From the NCBI GenBank assembly GCA_025451045.1, contig JANWLD010000001.1, positions 5,812 to 69,811 of the forward strand: a stretch of 64,000 nucleotides of DNA, given 5' to 3'. This document shows, piece after piece, positions 33,242-42,208 of this stretch (position 1 is its first letter; each line of letters opens with the position of its first letter). The notes beneath the pieces were generated by a model. The model searched no databases. It had not been told where the DNA came from and saw only the letters and a program-made list of their open reading frames with translations. The position numbers and the translations under genes were made by a program. Origin of the DNA: Candidatus Saccharimonadales bacterium (GTDB lineage: Bacteria; Patescibacteriota; Saccharimonadia; Saccharimonadales; 2-12-FULL-41-12).

Positions 33242-33243
33242 TA

Positions 33244-33627
33244 CTATTCTTGTTTTTCGTCTTCTTCAGCTTCTTCGGTCTCGCCGCGTTCAGCCGCTTT
33301 CTTGGCTTTTTCAGCTTTGGCTTCTTCGGCTTTGGCAATTGCTTTAAGGTCAGGACGAGTTATGAGGTAACGAATTACTTCATCGGTAATGTTCAGCGTT
33401 GATTCTACTTTAGCCACACCCTCTGCCGGCATCTCAACTGTATAAAATACATAGACGGCGTGATCCTGCTTATTGATTTTATAAGCAAGTTTTTTCTTGC
33501 CCCAATTATCGGCTTTTATAACCTTGCCTTTGCTTTCGGAGATGATTTTTTCAATCTTAGCCATTGGTTTGCTAAGATCTATCTCCAGTTGCGGATCGAA
33601 TAGAACTGCTACTTCGTATTGAATCAA
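33244..33627 (-). CDS. rpsF: 30S ribosomal protein S6
   Basis: 127 aa, MIQYEVAVLFDP..., acidic C-tail. Double stop TAG TAA. Confidence 0.9.
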   Translation of the reverse strand: MIQYEVAVLFDPQLEIDLSKPMAKIEKIISESKGKVIKADNWGKKKLAYKINKQDHAVYVFYTVEMPAEGVAKVESTLNITDEVIRYLITRPDLKAIAKAEEAKAEKAKKAAERGETEEAEEDEKQE

Positions 33628-33690
33628 AGATTCCTCCTTCGGTTAACGCCTACACGCATACAAGCTGTAAGCTGAGTTAATTGTCAAAGA

Positions 33691-33719
33691 ATTGTAACAG
33701 AGTCACCCCTGTTAGTCAA
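33691..33719 (-). promoter_or_regulatory. promoter TTGACT-17-TACAAT (rpsF operon)
   Basis: -35 at 33719-33714 abuts the upstream stop codon. -10 at 33696-33691. GGAGG RBS before ATG 33627. Confidence 0.55.
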
Positions 33720-34148
33720 CTATGCCCTTCTGGCTTGTCTGGCTTGTCGATTATTTTTAAATCTTCTACTGTGCCGGCTTAATACAGCATCAGCCTGTCT
33801 TCTTTCTTTAGCAGTGATTCTACGCGGCATCCGAGGGAAACCAGACTCAGTTGTTTCGCTTTCAGTTGTTTCGCTTTCAGTTGTTTCGCTTAATGATACT
33901 GGGGTGTCCCTATTAGCCCTTACGATTCTTCTACTATTTAATCGACGCTTAGTTCTAGCTATTTCAGCCCCTCTCTTGCGAAGAAAATTTATAAGTTTTC
34001 CTTCATCCCATTCCAGTTCTACAGTCTTTGATTCAGAGACTTCGCCGGTCTCAGCATTAACCGTTATCCCCCCTGTAATTTCACTTAAATTAAGGATTTC
34101 ATGGGTTTCGCCAGATGGCGCCCCACCGTTATTATTTCCTAAACTCAT
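33720..34148 (-). CDS. hypothetical basic protein with ETTES x3 repeat
   Basis: 142-aa ORF with Arg/Lys-rich halves separated by SETTESETTESETTES. Confidence 0.45.
   Translation of the reverse strand: MSLGNNNGGAPSGETHEILNLSEITGGITVNAETGEVSESKTVELEWDEGKLINFLRKRGAEIARTKRRLNSRRIVRANRDTPVSLSETTESETTESETTESGFPRMPRRITAKERRQADAVLSRHSRRFKNNRQARQARRA
33847..33891. repeat. perfect 15-nt tandem repeat x3
   Basis: TCAGTTGTTTCGCTT at 33847, 33862, 33877. It encodes the ETTES repeat. Confidence 0.9.
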
Positions 34149-34218
34149 CTTTTTTGCCTCTTTTTATAAAATTAAATGTCCGTTAAAACAAATACCATAA
34201 AGCAAATCATAAGTCCAG

Positions 34219-36420
34219 TTACTTCAGTGGGTCTTCGGGCTCGTCTGGCATATCGTCATAAACATCGCCGTCGGAGCTAGTGCCGCCGAATACTTCGTCC
34301 ATACTGCTAACCAATACCTCGCGGGGCCGTGAACCATCGGCATGGCCTACTATTCCCTGCTCTTCCATAGCTTCAATCAAACGCGCGGCTCTAGCATAAC
34401 CAACTCGCAGGCGGCGCTGCAGTAGACTGGTACTGGCTTTTCGGCCTTCAATCACTACCTGTACAGCGTCGTGCCAGAGATCATCATCGGCATCCTGTCC
34501 GCCAAAGTCGGAAACCACCCCGCCTTTGCCAATTTGGACTGGCTGGCTAACAACTTCTTCGTCATATTGCGGCGGCCTTTGTTGGCGCAGAAAATCATTA
34601 ACTTTTATCGTTTCCCCGTCAGATATATGTGCGGCTTGTACGCGTTTAGGTTTTGGCATATTCGCTGTCATCAGTAACATATCGCCTTGTCCGAGCAATT
34701 TTTCAGCGCCGGCGCCATCAATAATCGTCTTGGAATCAACCTGGCTGGTAGTCGTAAAGGCAATTCTGGCCGGTACATTTGCTTTAATCAATCCGGTTAT
34801 CACGTCTACGCTCGGCCGCTGGGTGGCCAAAATCAGATGGATTCCGGCGGCGCGGGCTTTTTGGGCAATACGGGCTATCAATGACTCTACGTCGCGGGCG
34901 GCCATCATCATCAAATCCGACAATTCATCGATAACAATTACCACGTAAGGCATGCCCTCTTCTTTTTTAAGGTTATTGTACTCAACTATATTGCGTTTGC
35001 CAGCTTCAGCCATTGTCCGAAGCCGCCGTTCCATTTCAGCTACTGCCCATTTGAGCGCGCTGATACATTTTTCCGGCTCGTGGATTACCGGGCTTAACAG
35101 ATGAGGAATGTCATTATAAGGAGTAAGTTCGACTTGTTTCGGGTCCACCATTATTAGCTTAAGGTCCGACGGGCTGTACCGATACAGCATACTGGTCAAA
35201 ATCGTGTTTATCATGACTGATTTTCCGGAACCGGTTTGTCCGGCTATAAGAACATGGGGCATTTTGGCCAAATCTGCGATAATCGGGTGGCCGGCAATAT
35301 CTTTGCCGATTACGAAGTTCAAATTTCCTTTTTCCTTCTGCCATTTGTCAGACGTGAGGACGCCGCTCAGACGTACCGTGGATGCTTTGACGTTTGGTAC
35401 TTCGATACCAACCAGACGCTTGCCCGGAATCGGCGCTTCTATCCTGATTGATGTCGCGGCCAAATCCAGCGCCAAGTTGTTATCCAGTGCCGTGATTTTT
35501 TGTAGTTTGGTGCCGGGCGGCGGCTTCAGAGTAAATTGGGTAACCCGCGGACCGATGTTAGCCCCTTCCATCTCAACGTTTATATTGAAGTTATTCAGCG
35601 TCTCACGGATAATTTCGGCATTGGTTTGCACGTCACCGGCGTCGGCCTTGTCCTGTTTTTGGTTAAGCAAATCAATCGGCGGGAATTTCCAATCAATGTC
35701 ACTTGAAGTCGTTAAAGCCTCGTGGTTTTCACTGTCCGACAGCTTCTTGGCGGTGTTCTTCAAGCTGGACAAACGCGGCTTTTCCTCGGCATCGGAAGAG
35801 TGCTCGGTGGGTACGCCTTCGTTCAGTTTCAAACCGCCCTGCTTGGCCTTGAGCTCAGACAAATCGGTATCTTGTTCTTTCTTTTGGGTAAAGGGTTTGA
35901 ACAGAAGCAATAATTTTTTGAGCGAGATATCAAATGCCAAGAAGAAGAAAAGTATAGAAACTACCAGCATGGCAATACCGGCCGGGATTTTGTCCAGCGC
36001 CAACAGCATCGCGTTGCCAATGACTTCTCCGACATAGCCGCCATTGCCGCCAGTAACATCTCCTGTAACAGAGTCCTTGGTTGCAAATAACGTATGGCAG
36101 GCTATTGATAAAGTCACGATGAAACCAATCATGCTGGCAAATTTTATCAGCGGAATTCGCCGGTCTTCGCTTTTGAATTTATGTACACCGAAAAATATCA
36201 AAGCCAAAGGCGTAAGATAAGCTACCCAGCCAAGGGCGTTATACACTTGTTCGAACATCCCGACCGGTAAACTGCCCCCTGTACCAAAGCCCCCTAGAAG
36301 CAAAAAGAAGGCAAAAACAAACATCAAGATGGCAAAAGATAATTGCCAAAAGCCGTTATCAGCCGGCTTGGAGTCGGTTTTCTTAACCGGTTTTTTTGCG
36401 CGTTTTTTCTTTTTGGCCAT
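34219..36420 (-). CDS. ftsK: DNA translocase FtsK/SpoIIIE
   Basis: 733 aa. N-terminal TM helices, linker, motor with Walker A GQTGSGKSV, C-terminal gamma (winged-helix) domain. Confidence 0.9.
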   Translation of the reverse strand: MAKKKKRAKKPVKKTDSKPADNGFWQLSFAILMFVFAFFLLLGGFGTGGSLPVGMFEQVYNALGWVAYLTPLALIFFGVHKFKSEDRRIPLIKFASMIGFIVTLSIACHTLFATKDSVTGDVTGGNGGYVGEVIGNAMLLALDKIPAGIAMLVVSILFFFLAFDISLKKLLLLFKPFTQKKEQDTDLSELKAKQGGLKLNEGVPTEHSSDAEEKPRLSSLKNTAKKLSDSENHEALTTSSDIDWKFPPIDLLNQKQDKADAGDVQTNAEIIRETLNNFNINVEMEGANIGPRVTQFTLKPPPGTKLQKITALDNNLALDLAATSIRIEAPIPGKRLVGIEVPNVKASTVRLSGVLTSDKWQKEKGNLNFVIGKDIAGHPIIADLAKMPHVLIAGQTGSGKSVMINTILTSMLYRYSPSDLKLIMVDPKQVELTPYNDIPHLLSPVIHEPEKCISALKWAVAEMERRLRTMAEAGKRNIVEYNNLKKEEGMPYVVIVIDELSDLMMMAARDVESLIARIAQKARAAGIHLILATQRPSVDVITGLIKANVPARIAFTTTSQVDSKTIIDGAGAEKLLGQGDMLLMTANMPKPKRVQAAHISDGETIKVNDFLRQQRPPQYDEEVVSQPVQIGKGGVVSDFGGQDADDDLWHDAVQVVIEGRKASTSLLQRRLRVGYARAARLIEAMEEQGIVGHADGSRPREVLVSSMDEVFGGTSSDGDVYDDMPDEPEDPLK

Positions 36421-36448
36421 ATATTCCTAGAGGTTTATATCAGAGATA

Positions 36449-36457
36449 ATTGTATCA
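36449..36457 (-). promoter_or_regulatory. extended -10 box TGATACAAT (ftsK)
   Basis: Minus-strand TGATACAAT 28 nt upstream of ATG 36420, within ATTATGCTTATAAATGATACAAT. Confidence 0.4.
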
Positions 36458-36548
36458 TTTATAAGCATAATCAAGCTATTGGCATATTATAGCAAAAATT
36501 ACTACAAAAGTCAAGGCTACGCTTAAGCTTTTCCGGGAGAATCTTAAA

Positions 36549-38600
36549 TCAGTCGATTCGGGCGTCTTGGTTGAGTAGCTTGGAGCGCATCTCAGCGAAG
36601 CGTTTCTGCAAAGCTTCGGCTTCTTGTTGAGGATTTTTTTGGTCCGGTTGTTTAGACTGTTGGCCGTTTTTTGGCGCCGGTCGACGTTGGCCACCAATAA
36701 CATTTACCACTGGTATGACTATCGGGCTTCGCCCTGTTTGGTCATATAGAAAATGGGTCACGTGCTCTTTAAGTTCTATCTTAAACCTATCTAAATCTAC
36801 TCTTTTAAAACGCTGGGCAACTGCCCTTTTCAGCTCTATTCTAAAGGCGTTCATCAGCTCTTCTTCATTCTTCATATAGATGAAGCCGCGGCTGATGATG
36901 TCCGGGCTGGTCATTAACTGGCCAGTTTTCTTATCAACCGTCAGGATGACTGCAACTAAGCCCTCACTGCTGAGCATCAGACGGTCTTTGACGACCACGC
37001 TGCTGACTATCGCGCCGGTTTGGTCGACCAGTACGGTACCATGCGGCACTTTCTCGGCCAGTTCCATTGTGTCCTTGCTGAAAGCAATTACATCCCCATT
37101 GTCGACGTTCAAACAGTTTTTACGAGGTATGCCATGCTCTATAGCCAGTTCTATGTGATATTTCTTAGCGGTATAATCACCATAAATCGGCACGAAGAAC
37201 TTCGGGTTTATCATATCTATCATATCGCCATATTCTTCACGGCTAGCGTGACCGGATACATGAAGCGGGCCGCAACCATCAACATCGCGGCTTTCATGAC
37301 GGAAGATATGGACGTTTTTCTTATACATATCATCTACCATTGTCCTTACCGAAGCATCATTACCGGAATACGGTATCGGGGTACTGGACAGAACTACGGT
37401 ATCTTGTTCCTTCAGTTTAATATGTTTATGATCGCCGGTAGCCATTCGTTGCAAGGCCGAATTCGGTTCGCCCTGCGAACCTGTACAGACAACCACTACT
37501 TCACCATCTTTTAGGTTAGGTACGCTGGCAATCGGCACGAATGTGCCTTTCGGCACTTTGACAAAACCGTTTCTAATAGCCATTTCAAGCGTACTTATCA
37601 TGCTACGCCCGTCCATTGTTACTTTTTTATTATGGTGTACGGCTGCATTTATCAGCATCTGAACCCGGTTCATATTGGTTGAGAACAAGCTGATGAAAAT
37701 TCGGCCTGGCGCCTGCTCCATGATATCTTTGAAGCTTTGCTCAATTGTACTTTCCGATGGTGTTCGACCCGGACGGTCAGAAGTAGTGCTTTCACTCAGT
37801 AGTGCTAAAACACCTTCATTACCGAGCTGTTTAAGACGTTCAACGTCTGTTTTCTCATGGTCCAGCGGATTTGGGTCTAACCGGAAATCACCGGTGTTAA
37901 TAAGCCTGCCGACCGGTGTATCTAGCACGATGCAGGTACTACCCGGTATGGAATGGGTTATCCGGACCAATTCAACAAAGAATTCACCGATTTTCAGCCG
38001 TTCGTTATTATTCTCATTCATCACTACGGTCTTTAGTTCAAAACCTTCCGGCATTGGAAGACCGAAATTCTCAAAGATTTCCTCAACCCGACCAATGGTG
38101 AACCGGCTACCATAGACCGGTGCCGGGTATTTTGGCAAAATATGCGGCAGGCCGCCGATGTGATCCAGGTGGCCGTGGGTGATGATATAAGCCTTAAGTT
38201 TGTGTTTAATAGTTTCTAGATAGGCCGTATCGGCTATGCCATAGTTAATGCCCGGCAAATCCACGCCTAGGTCACTTCCACAGTCCATAATTACAGCGTC
38301 ATTCTTGTATTCGACTAGCAGCGTGTTCTTTGAGCCGCCGCCATTCATACCGCCAAGTCCGACAAATTTCAGTTTGGGACTATCGTCGATAAAATTAGCA
38401 CGCGGCCGCGGACTGGCCTTATTATTCCCTGCTTTGTTTTCAGCCGTCAGATACTGGCTGGCTATTCGGTGGGCATCCTCATTCGCCCTTTTTTGGGCGC
38501 GTATAGCCGCCCCTCGGCTGGACGGCCTACGGCCGTTACCATTAGCTTGTGGTTTGTTCCCCGGGTTCTTTGGCCGGGGCGTTTTTGAATTTTTTTCCAT
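36549..38600 (-). CDS. rnj: ribonuclease J
   Basis: 683 aa. Basic low-complexity N-extension, metallo-beta-lactamase motif HGHLDHIGG, beta-CASP and C-terminal domains. Confidence 0.9.
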   Translation of the reverse strand: MEKNSKTPRPKNPGNKPQANGNGRRPSSRGAAIRAQKRANEDAHRIASQYLTAENKAGNNKASPRPRANFIDDSPKLKFVGLGGMNGGGSKNTLLVEYKNDAVIMDCGSDLGVDLPGINYGIADTAYLETIKHKLKAYIITHGHLDHIGGLPHILPKYPAPVYGSRFTIGRVEEIFENFGLPMPEGFELKTVVMNENNNERLKIGEFFVELVRITHSIPGSTCIVLDTPVGRLINTGDFRLDPNPLDHEKTDVERLKQLGNEGVLALLSESTTSDRPGRTPSESTIEQSFKDIMEQAPGRIFISLFSTNMNRVQMLINAAVHHNKKVTMDGRSMISTLEMAIRNGFVKVPKGTFVPIASVPNLKDGEVVVVCTGSQGEPNSALQRMATGDHKHIKLKEQDTVVLSSTPIPYSGNDASVRTMVDDMYKKNVHIFRHESRDVDGCGPLHVSGHASREEYGDMIDMINPKFFVPIYGDYTAKKYHIELAIEHGIPRKNCLNVDNGDVIAFSKDTMELAEKVPHGTVLVDQTGAIVSSVVVKDRLMLSSEGLVAVILTVDKKTGQLMTSPDIISRGFIYMKNEEELMNAFRIELKRAVAQRFKRVDLDRFKIELKEHVTHFLYDQTGRSPIVIPVVNVIGGQRRPAPKNGQQSKQPDQKNPQQEAEALQKRFAEMRSKLLNQDARID

Positions 38601-38614
38601 TTATTTAATATTCC

Positions 38615-39223
38615 TTACTTATTTTCATTATTAATTAGTTCAATTATCTCTGGCACTGTTTCAAAATCACTTATGAGTGTTTCGCGCATCGCGCCGTTAT
38701 ACAGGGCCGCCGCCGGATGAAACAGGGGCAGGATAACCACCCTGTCGTTTCCTAACCTGATGCGTTTCGGCTGGCCATGTACCGTGCTTATTTTCATCTC
38801 CGGCAGAAAATATTCCATACTGTGCCGGCCTAATGTCGCGATGATTTTCGGCCTGATAATATTAATCTCCTGAAGCAGATACGGCCAAAAAGCTTTCTTT
38901 TCATCTGGTAATGGATCACGGTTGTTCGGCGGACGGTATTTGACGATATTACTTATATAAACGTCTTTCCGCTCCATGCCGACTAAAGCCAGCATTTCAT
39001 CCAAGAATTTGCCAGCGGCACCGACGAACGGTTCACCCTGTAAATCTTCGTTCTTGCCCGGCGCTTCGCCGATGAACATTACTTCCGCATTGGGATTACC
39101 GACTCCCATGACAAGGTTCGTGGCATTCTCAGCCAAATCCGCGCAGATATTTTTAGCCTTGATATCTGCCTTAAGCTGGCTGAGAAGTGTTGCTTTATCG
39201 TTCTTTTGCTTTACCTTTTGCAT
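38615..39223 (-). CDS. uracil-DNA glycosylase, family 4-like
   Basis: 202 aa. GEAPG.NED and PFVGAAG motifs. Only one Cys in the whole protein, so the 4Fe-4S ligands typical of family 4 are absent. Confidence 0.75.
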   Translation of the reverse strand: MQKVKQKNDKATLLSQLKADIKAKNICADLAENATNLVMGVGNPNAEVMFIGEAPGKNEDLQGEPFVGAAGKFLDEMLALVGMERKDVYISNIVKYRPPNNRDPLPDEKKAFWPYLLQEINIIRPKIIATLGRHSMEYFLPEMKISTVHGQPKRIRLGNDRVVILPLFHPAAALYNGAMRETLISDFETVPEIIELINNENK

Positions 39224-39431
39224 CTGTTTTCACCTGACGGTACGCTATCCGCACCAAATTGTTCAACCCGCCGATAAAAAGCAGCAGGCCTGCTAACCAT
39301 TGCCACAGGCTACCGGTGTCAATGGCCTGTGAAATCACTATATATGCCAAAGCTATCTCAATCGCGGCAAATGTCAGTTTACCGCTTCTTGTCTGATGGA
39401 ATTTATCAATTTTGGCAATTGTTTTATGCAT
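39195..39431 (-). CDS. small two-TM membrane protein, hypothetical
   Basis: 78-aa ORF with two hydrophobic helices. Overlaps the UDG start by 29 nt. Confidence 0.4.
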   Translation of the reverse strand: MHKTIAKIDKFHQTRSGKLTFAAIEIALAYIVISQAIDTGSLWQWLAGLLLFIGGLNNLVRIAYRQVKTDAKGKAKER

Positions 39432-39440
39432 ATCAACCTC

Positions 39441-41570
39441 TTATTTAGCGCCCTTGGCCGCTTTCATGCTGAGTTGTAGTCTACCTCGATCATCGATTGC
39501 AAGCAGTTTAACATCGACACGATCGCCTTCTTTCACAACATCACCCGGGCTTTTTACGCGCTCATCGCTCATTTCAGACACGTGTACCAAGCCTTCTTTG
39601 CCCGGCAGTATTTCAACAAAAGCGCCGAAGTCCAGCACGCTAACTACCCGGCAATCTTTGTAAACTTTTCCGACTTCCGGCTCGGCTATGATGGTCTGTA
39701 TGAACTGGATAGCGCCGTCAATGCTCTTTTTGTCCGGACTGGCAATCATCACTGTTCCATCATCTTTTATGTCGATTTCCGCCCCTGTTTCGGCAATAAT
39801 CTTATTAATTGTTTCGCCGCCTTTGCCGATAACTTCGCGGATTTTTTCCGGATTAATTTTAATGCTTTCGACTTGCGGAGCGTATTTGCTGATTGCTTTT
39901 CTTGGCCGCTCAATGGTATCTAGCATGTGTTTCATAATATGAGCCCGGCCTTTTTTAGATTGGGCTAAGGCTTGCTTCAAAATATCTACCGGCAGGCCAT
40001 GGACTTTCATGTCCATTTGTAGCGCCGTAATGCCTTTTGGCGTCCCGGCTACCTTGAAGTCCATGTCTCCGGCAAAGTCTTCTGCATCGGCAATGTCGCT
40101 CAAAATAAAGGGTTTACCGTCTTTACTTAGCATCAGTCCCATGGCAATTCCGCTAACCGGGGCCGTAATTGGCACACCGGCGTCCATCAACGCCAAACAG
40201 CTGGAGCAAGTCGCCGCCATCGACGTACTGCCGTTTTGACTCATTATCTCAGTTACCGAGCGAATAGTGTAGGGAAAATCAGCTTCGGCAGGTAGAACCG
40301 GAAGTAACGCCCTTTCTGCCAGGTAGCCGTGTCCGATTTCCCGTCTCCCCGGCCCCATTAGTCTTTTCACTTCACCGACGGTATATCCTGGAGCGTTATA
40401 GTGGTGCAAATACCTTCTCTCGTCATCTCGCTCCATGGTATCGACAATCTGCGCATAGCTAAGCGGTGCCAGCGTGACGATGTTCAAAGCCTGAGTTACG
40501 CCTCTGGTGAAGATACTTGAGCCATGCGTACGAGGCAGTAGGCCTACTTCGCTGGATAATGTGCGAATTTCATCCATTGTCCGGCCGTCAGGACGGATAT
40601 TGAACTCGGTAATCTCTTTGCGCACATCTTTGTGAAGCGCCAGTGTGAACGCATCGTCATATTCCCGGCGTAATTCGGCAAAAGTTTCCTCGCCAAGTTC
40701 TTCAGCGAATCGCTCTTCCATTTGGTCGCGCAAATCACGGACCATTTGGTTGCGTTCGGGGTACGGCATGCGTAAGTTCTTGCCCAATTTGCCTTCCAGC
40801 CAGCTTTCTACCTCTGTTTGAATCTTTTCATCGGGTAATGACAGGTTATATTCCTGCTTGGTAACACTTATTTTTTCAATTAGTTCATTCTGCAATTTTA
40901 TTGCTGGCTGGAGTTGTTTATGAGCAAACTCCATTGCCCCGATTACGTCTTCCTCAGAGGCTTCATTAGCGCCGGCTTCTACCATCATGATGCCGCTTTT
41001 TGTACCGGCTACAACCAAGTCAAGCGGACCTTCGTTGAGCTCTTTGCTGGTAGCAAAAGCTTTATATTTACCGTCGACCATGCCGACACGAAGGCCTGCT
41101 ACCGGACCTTCAAAAGGCGCTCCAGACAGCATAAAAGCCGCGCTCATGGCAATCATTGCTATGGCATCTGGCCGGAAGTCCGGATCCATACTCAGAACCG
41201 TCGCAACTCCTTGGGCTTCATGGCGATAGCCTTTGGGCCACAGTGGCCGAATTGGCCGGTCAATCAGCCGGCCGATAAGTATAGCGTCGTCGCTGGGGCG
41301 GCCTTCCCTTTTGATAAACCGGCTGCCGCTGATTTTGCCAGCCGCATACATTTTTTCCTCATAATCAATACTAAGCGGGAAATAATCAAAGCCTTGCAAC
41401 GGTTTGTCACCGACCATGGCCGTACCAAGCACGACAGTGTCACCATATCTGGCAATAACCGAAGCGCTGGAACGGAAACCGACCCGGCCTACCTCGAGGG
41501 TTAGTTCTTTACCACAGAAGTCAGTACTTACTTTTATAATCTTCTTACCATATGGATTAATAGTACTCAT
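39441..41570 (-). CDS. pnp: polyribonucleotide nucleotidyltransferase (PNPase)
   Basis: 709 aa. Two RNase PH domains, KH (GKGGETINKI) and S1 (GKVYKDCRVVSVLDFGAFVEI) domains. Confidence 0.95.
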   Translation of the reverse strand: MSTINPYGKKIIKVSTDFCGKELTLEVGRVGFRSSASVIARYGDTVVLGTAMVGDKPLQGFDYFPLSIDYEEKMYAAGKISGSRFIKREGRPSDDAILIGRLIDRPIRPLWPKGYRHEAQGVATVLSMDPDFRPDAIAMIAMSAAFMLSGAPFEGPVAGLRVGMVDGKYKAFATSKELNEGPLDLVVAGTKSGIMMVEAGANEASEEDVIGAMEFAHKQLQPAIKLQNELIEKISVTKQEYNLSLPDEKIQTEVESWLEGKLGKNLRMPYPERNQMVRDLRDQMEERFAEELGEETFAELRREYDDAFTLALHKDVRKEITEFNIRPDGRTMDEIRTLSSEVGLLPRTHGSSIFTRGVTQALNIVTLAPLSYAQIVDTMERDDERRYLHHYNAPGYTVGEVKRLMGPGRREIGHGYLAERALLPVLPAEADFPYTIRSVTEIMSQNGSTSMAATCSSCLALMDAGVPITAPVSGIAMGLMLSKDGKPFILSDIADAEDFAGDMDFKVAGTPKGITALQMDMKVHGLPVDILKQALAQSKKGRAHIMKHMLDTIERPRKAISKYAPQVESIKINPEKIREVIGKGGETINKIIAETGAEIDIKDDGTVMIASPDKKSIDGAIQFIQTIIAEPEVGKVYKDCRVVSVLDFGAFVEILPGKEGLVHVSEMSDERVKSPGDVVKEGDRVDVKLLAIDDRGRLQLSMKAAKGAK

Positions 41571-41895
41571 ACAACCAATATCCTTTCTGCTCCGACAAAT
41601 TCTGAATAGCTACAATCTACATGCCGCTCCTCTTCGTATCCATTGGATACGATTCCTTCGCCTGATGTAGCTTGAAATCTACTCAGAGATTTATCTCGCA
41701 CTTGAAAAATATTGTTCGCATGAGTACTTGTGCTCATATTGGTTATGTAATCCTTCCTGGAGTAACAGGGTTCAATGGTACTCTGCTAAAGCTACGAACC
41801 ACTGTGCTCTATCACTCCGGTTGTTATTTGTCATTTACAATTTACAGCTCACATTTTTATTCAAATGTGAAATGATAACTCTAAATTTAAAGGTG
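41571..41895 (-). promoter_or_regulatory. long structured rpsO-pnp intergenic leader
   Basis: 325 nt with no credible ORF. Nested hairpins at 41608-41672 (AGCTACA/TGTAGCT enclosing GTATCCA/TGGATAC) and 41759-41818 (GGAGTAACA/TATCACTCC enclosing CAATGGT/ACCACTG). AT hairpin TCACATTT/AAATGTGA lies just after rpsO. Confidence 0.5.
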
Positions 41896-42162
41896 CTATT
41901 TACGAATGCCCAGCTTCTTGATAAGTTCAAGATACTTTTTTGGCTCATTTTCAGCTAAGTATTTAAGCAGTCTTTTTCGTTTGCCTACCATCTGAAGCAG
42001 TCCCCTTCGGGCGGCGAAATCTTTTTTATTAACCTTTAAATGCTCGGTTAGCTCAGTAATGCGCGCAGTCAATATACCGACTTGGGCTTCAGGTGAGCCG
42101 CTATCTTTCTTGTCCTTAGCCAAATCAGCGATTATAGCCTGTTTTTTCTCAGTAGAAATCAT
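41896..42162 (-). CDS. rpsO: 30S ribosomal protein S15
   Basis: 88 aa, GSPEAQVGILTARITELTEHLK...GLLQMVGKRKRLLKYL. Confidence 0.9.
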   Translation of the reverse strand: MISTEKKQAIIADLAKDKKDSGSPEAQVGILTARITELTEHLKVNKKDFAARRGLLQMVGKRKRLLKYLAENEPKKYLELIKKLGIRK

Positions 42163-42208
42163 TCGTTATCTGTTACTCTAGCACACTCTTATCTGTTTTT
42201 CAACAATT

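Noticed and set aside
32278-33243. Possible CRISPR array, because of the regularly spaced repeats (43-nt identical copies 300 nt apart)
   Set aside because: The 300-nt 'spacer' is the rpsR gene. The true periodicity is 7 nt. There are no 25-40 nt repeat/spacer alternations and no cas genes in the window.
35204-36037. 277-aa ORF on the plus strand
   Set aside because: It is entirely antisense to the well-supported ftsK motor domain, has Ser/Pro/Ala-rich low-complexity composition, and has no start context. It is a shadow ORF.
36476-36703. 75-aa minus-strand ORF spanning the ftsK-rnj spacer
   Set aside because: It overlaps the 3' end of rnj in another frame and the ftsK promoter region. It has no RBS and no recognisable motif.
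40914-41504. 196-aa plus-strand ORF. Similar antisense ORFs occur at 13341-13790, 59990-60526, 31736-32218, 37020-37514 and 28101-28619.
   Set aside because: All are nested antisense within strongly supported conserved genes (pnp, pilT, the AAK/GNAT gene, efp, rnj, the ABC genes). None has a recognisable motif. They are treated as non-coding shadows.
41672-41958. Two small plus-strand ORFs (67 and 76 aa) in the rpsO-pnp spacer
   Set aside because: They are on the opposite strand to the surrounding operon, overlap the rpsO 3' end, have AT-rich low-complexity translations, and the region folds into stems. It is interpreted as an RNA leader.
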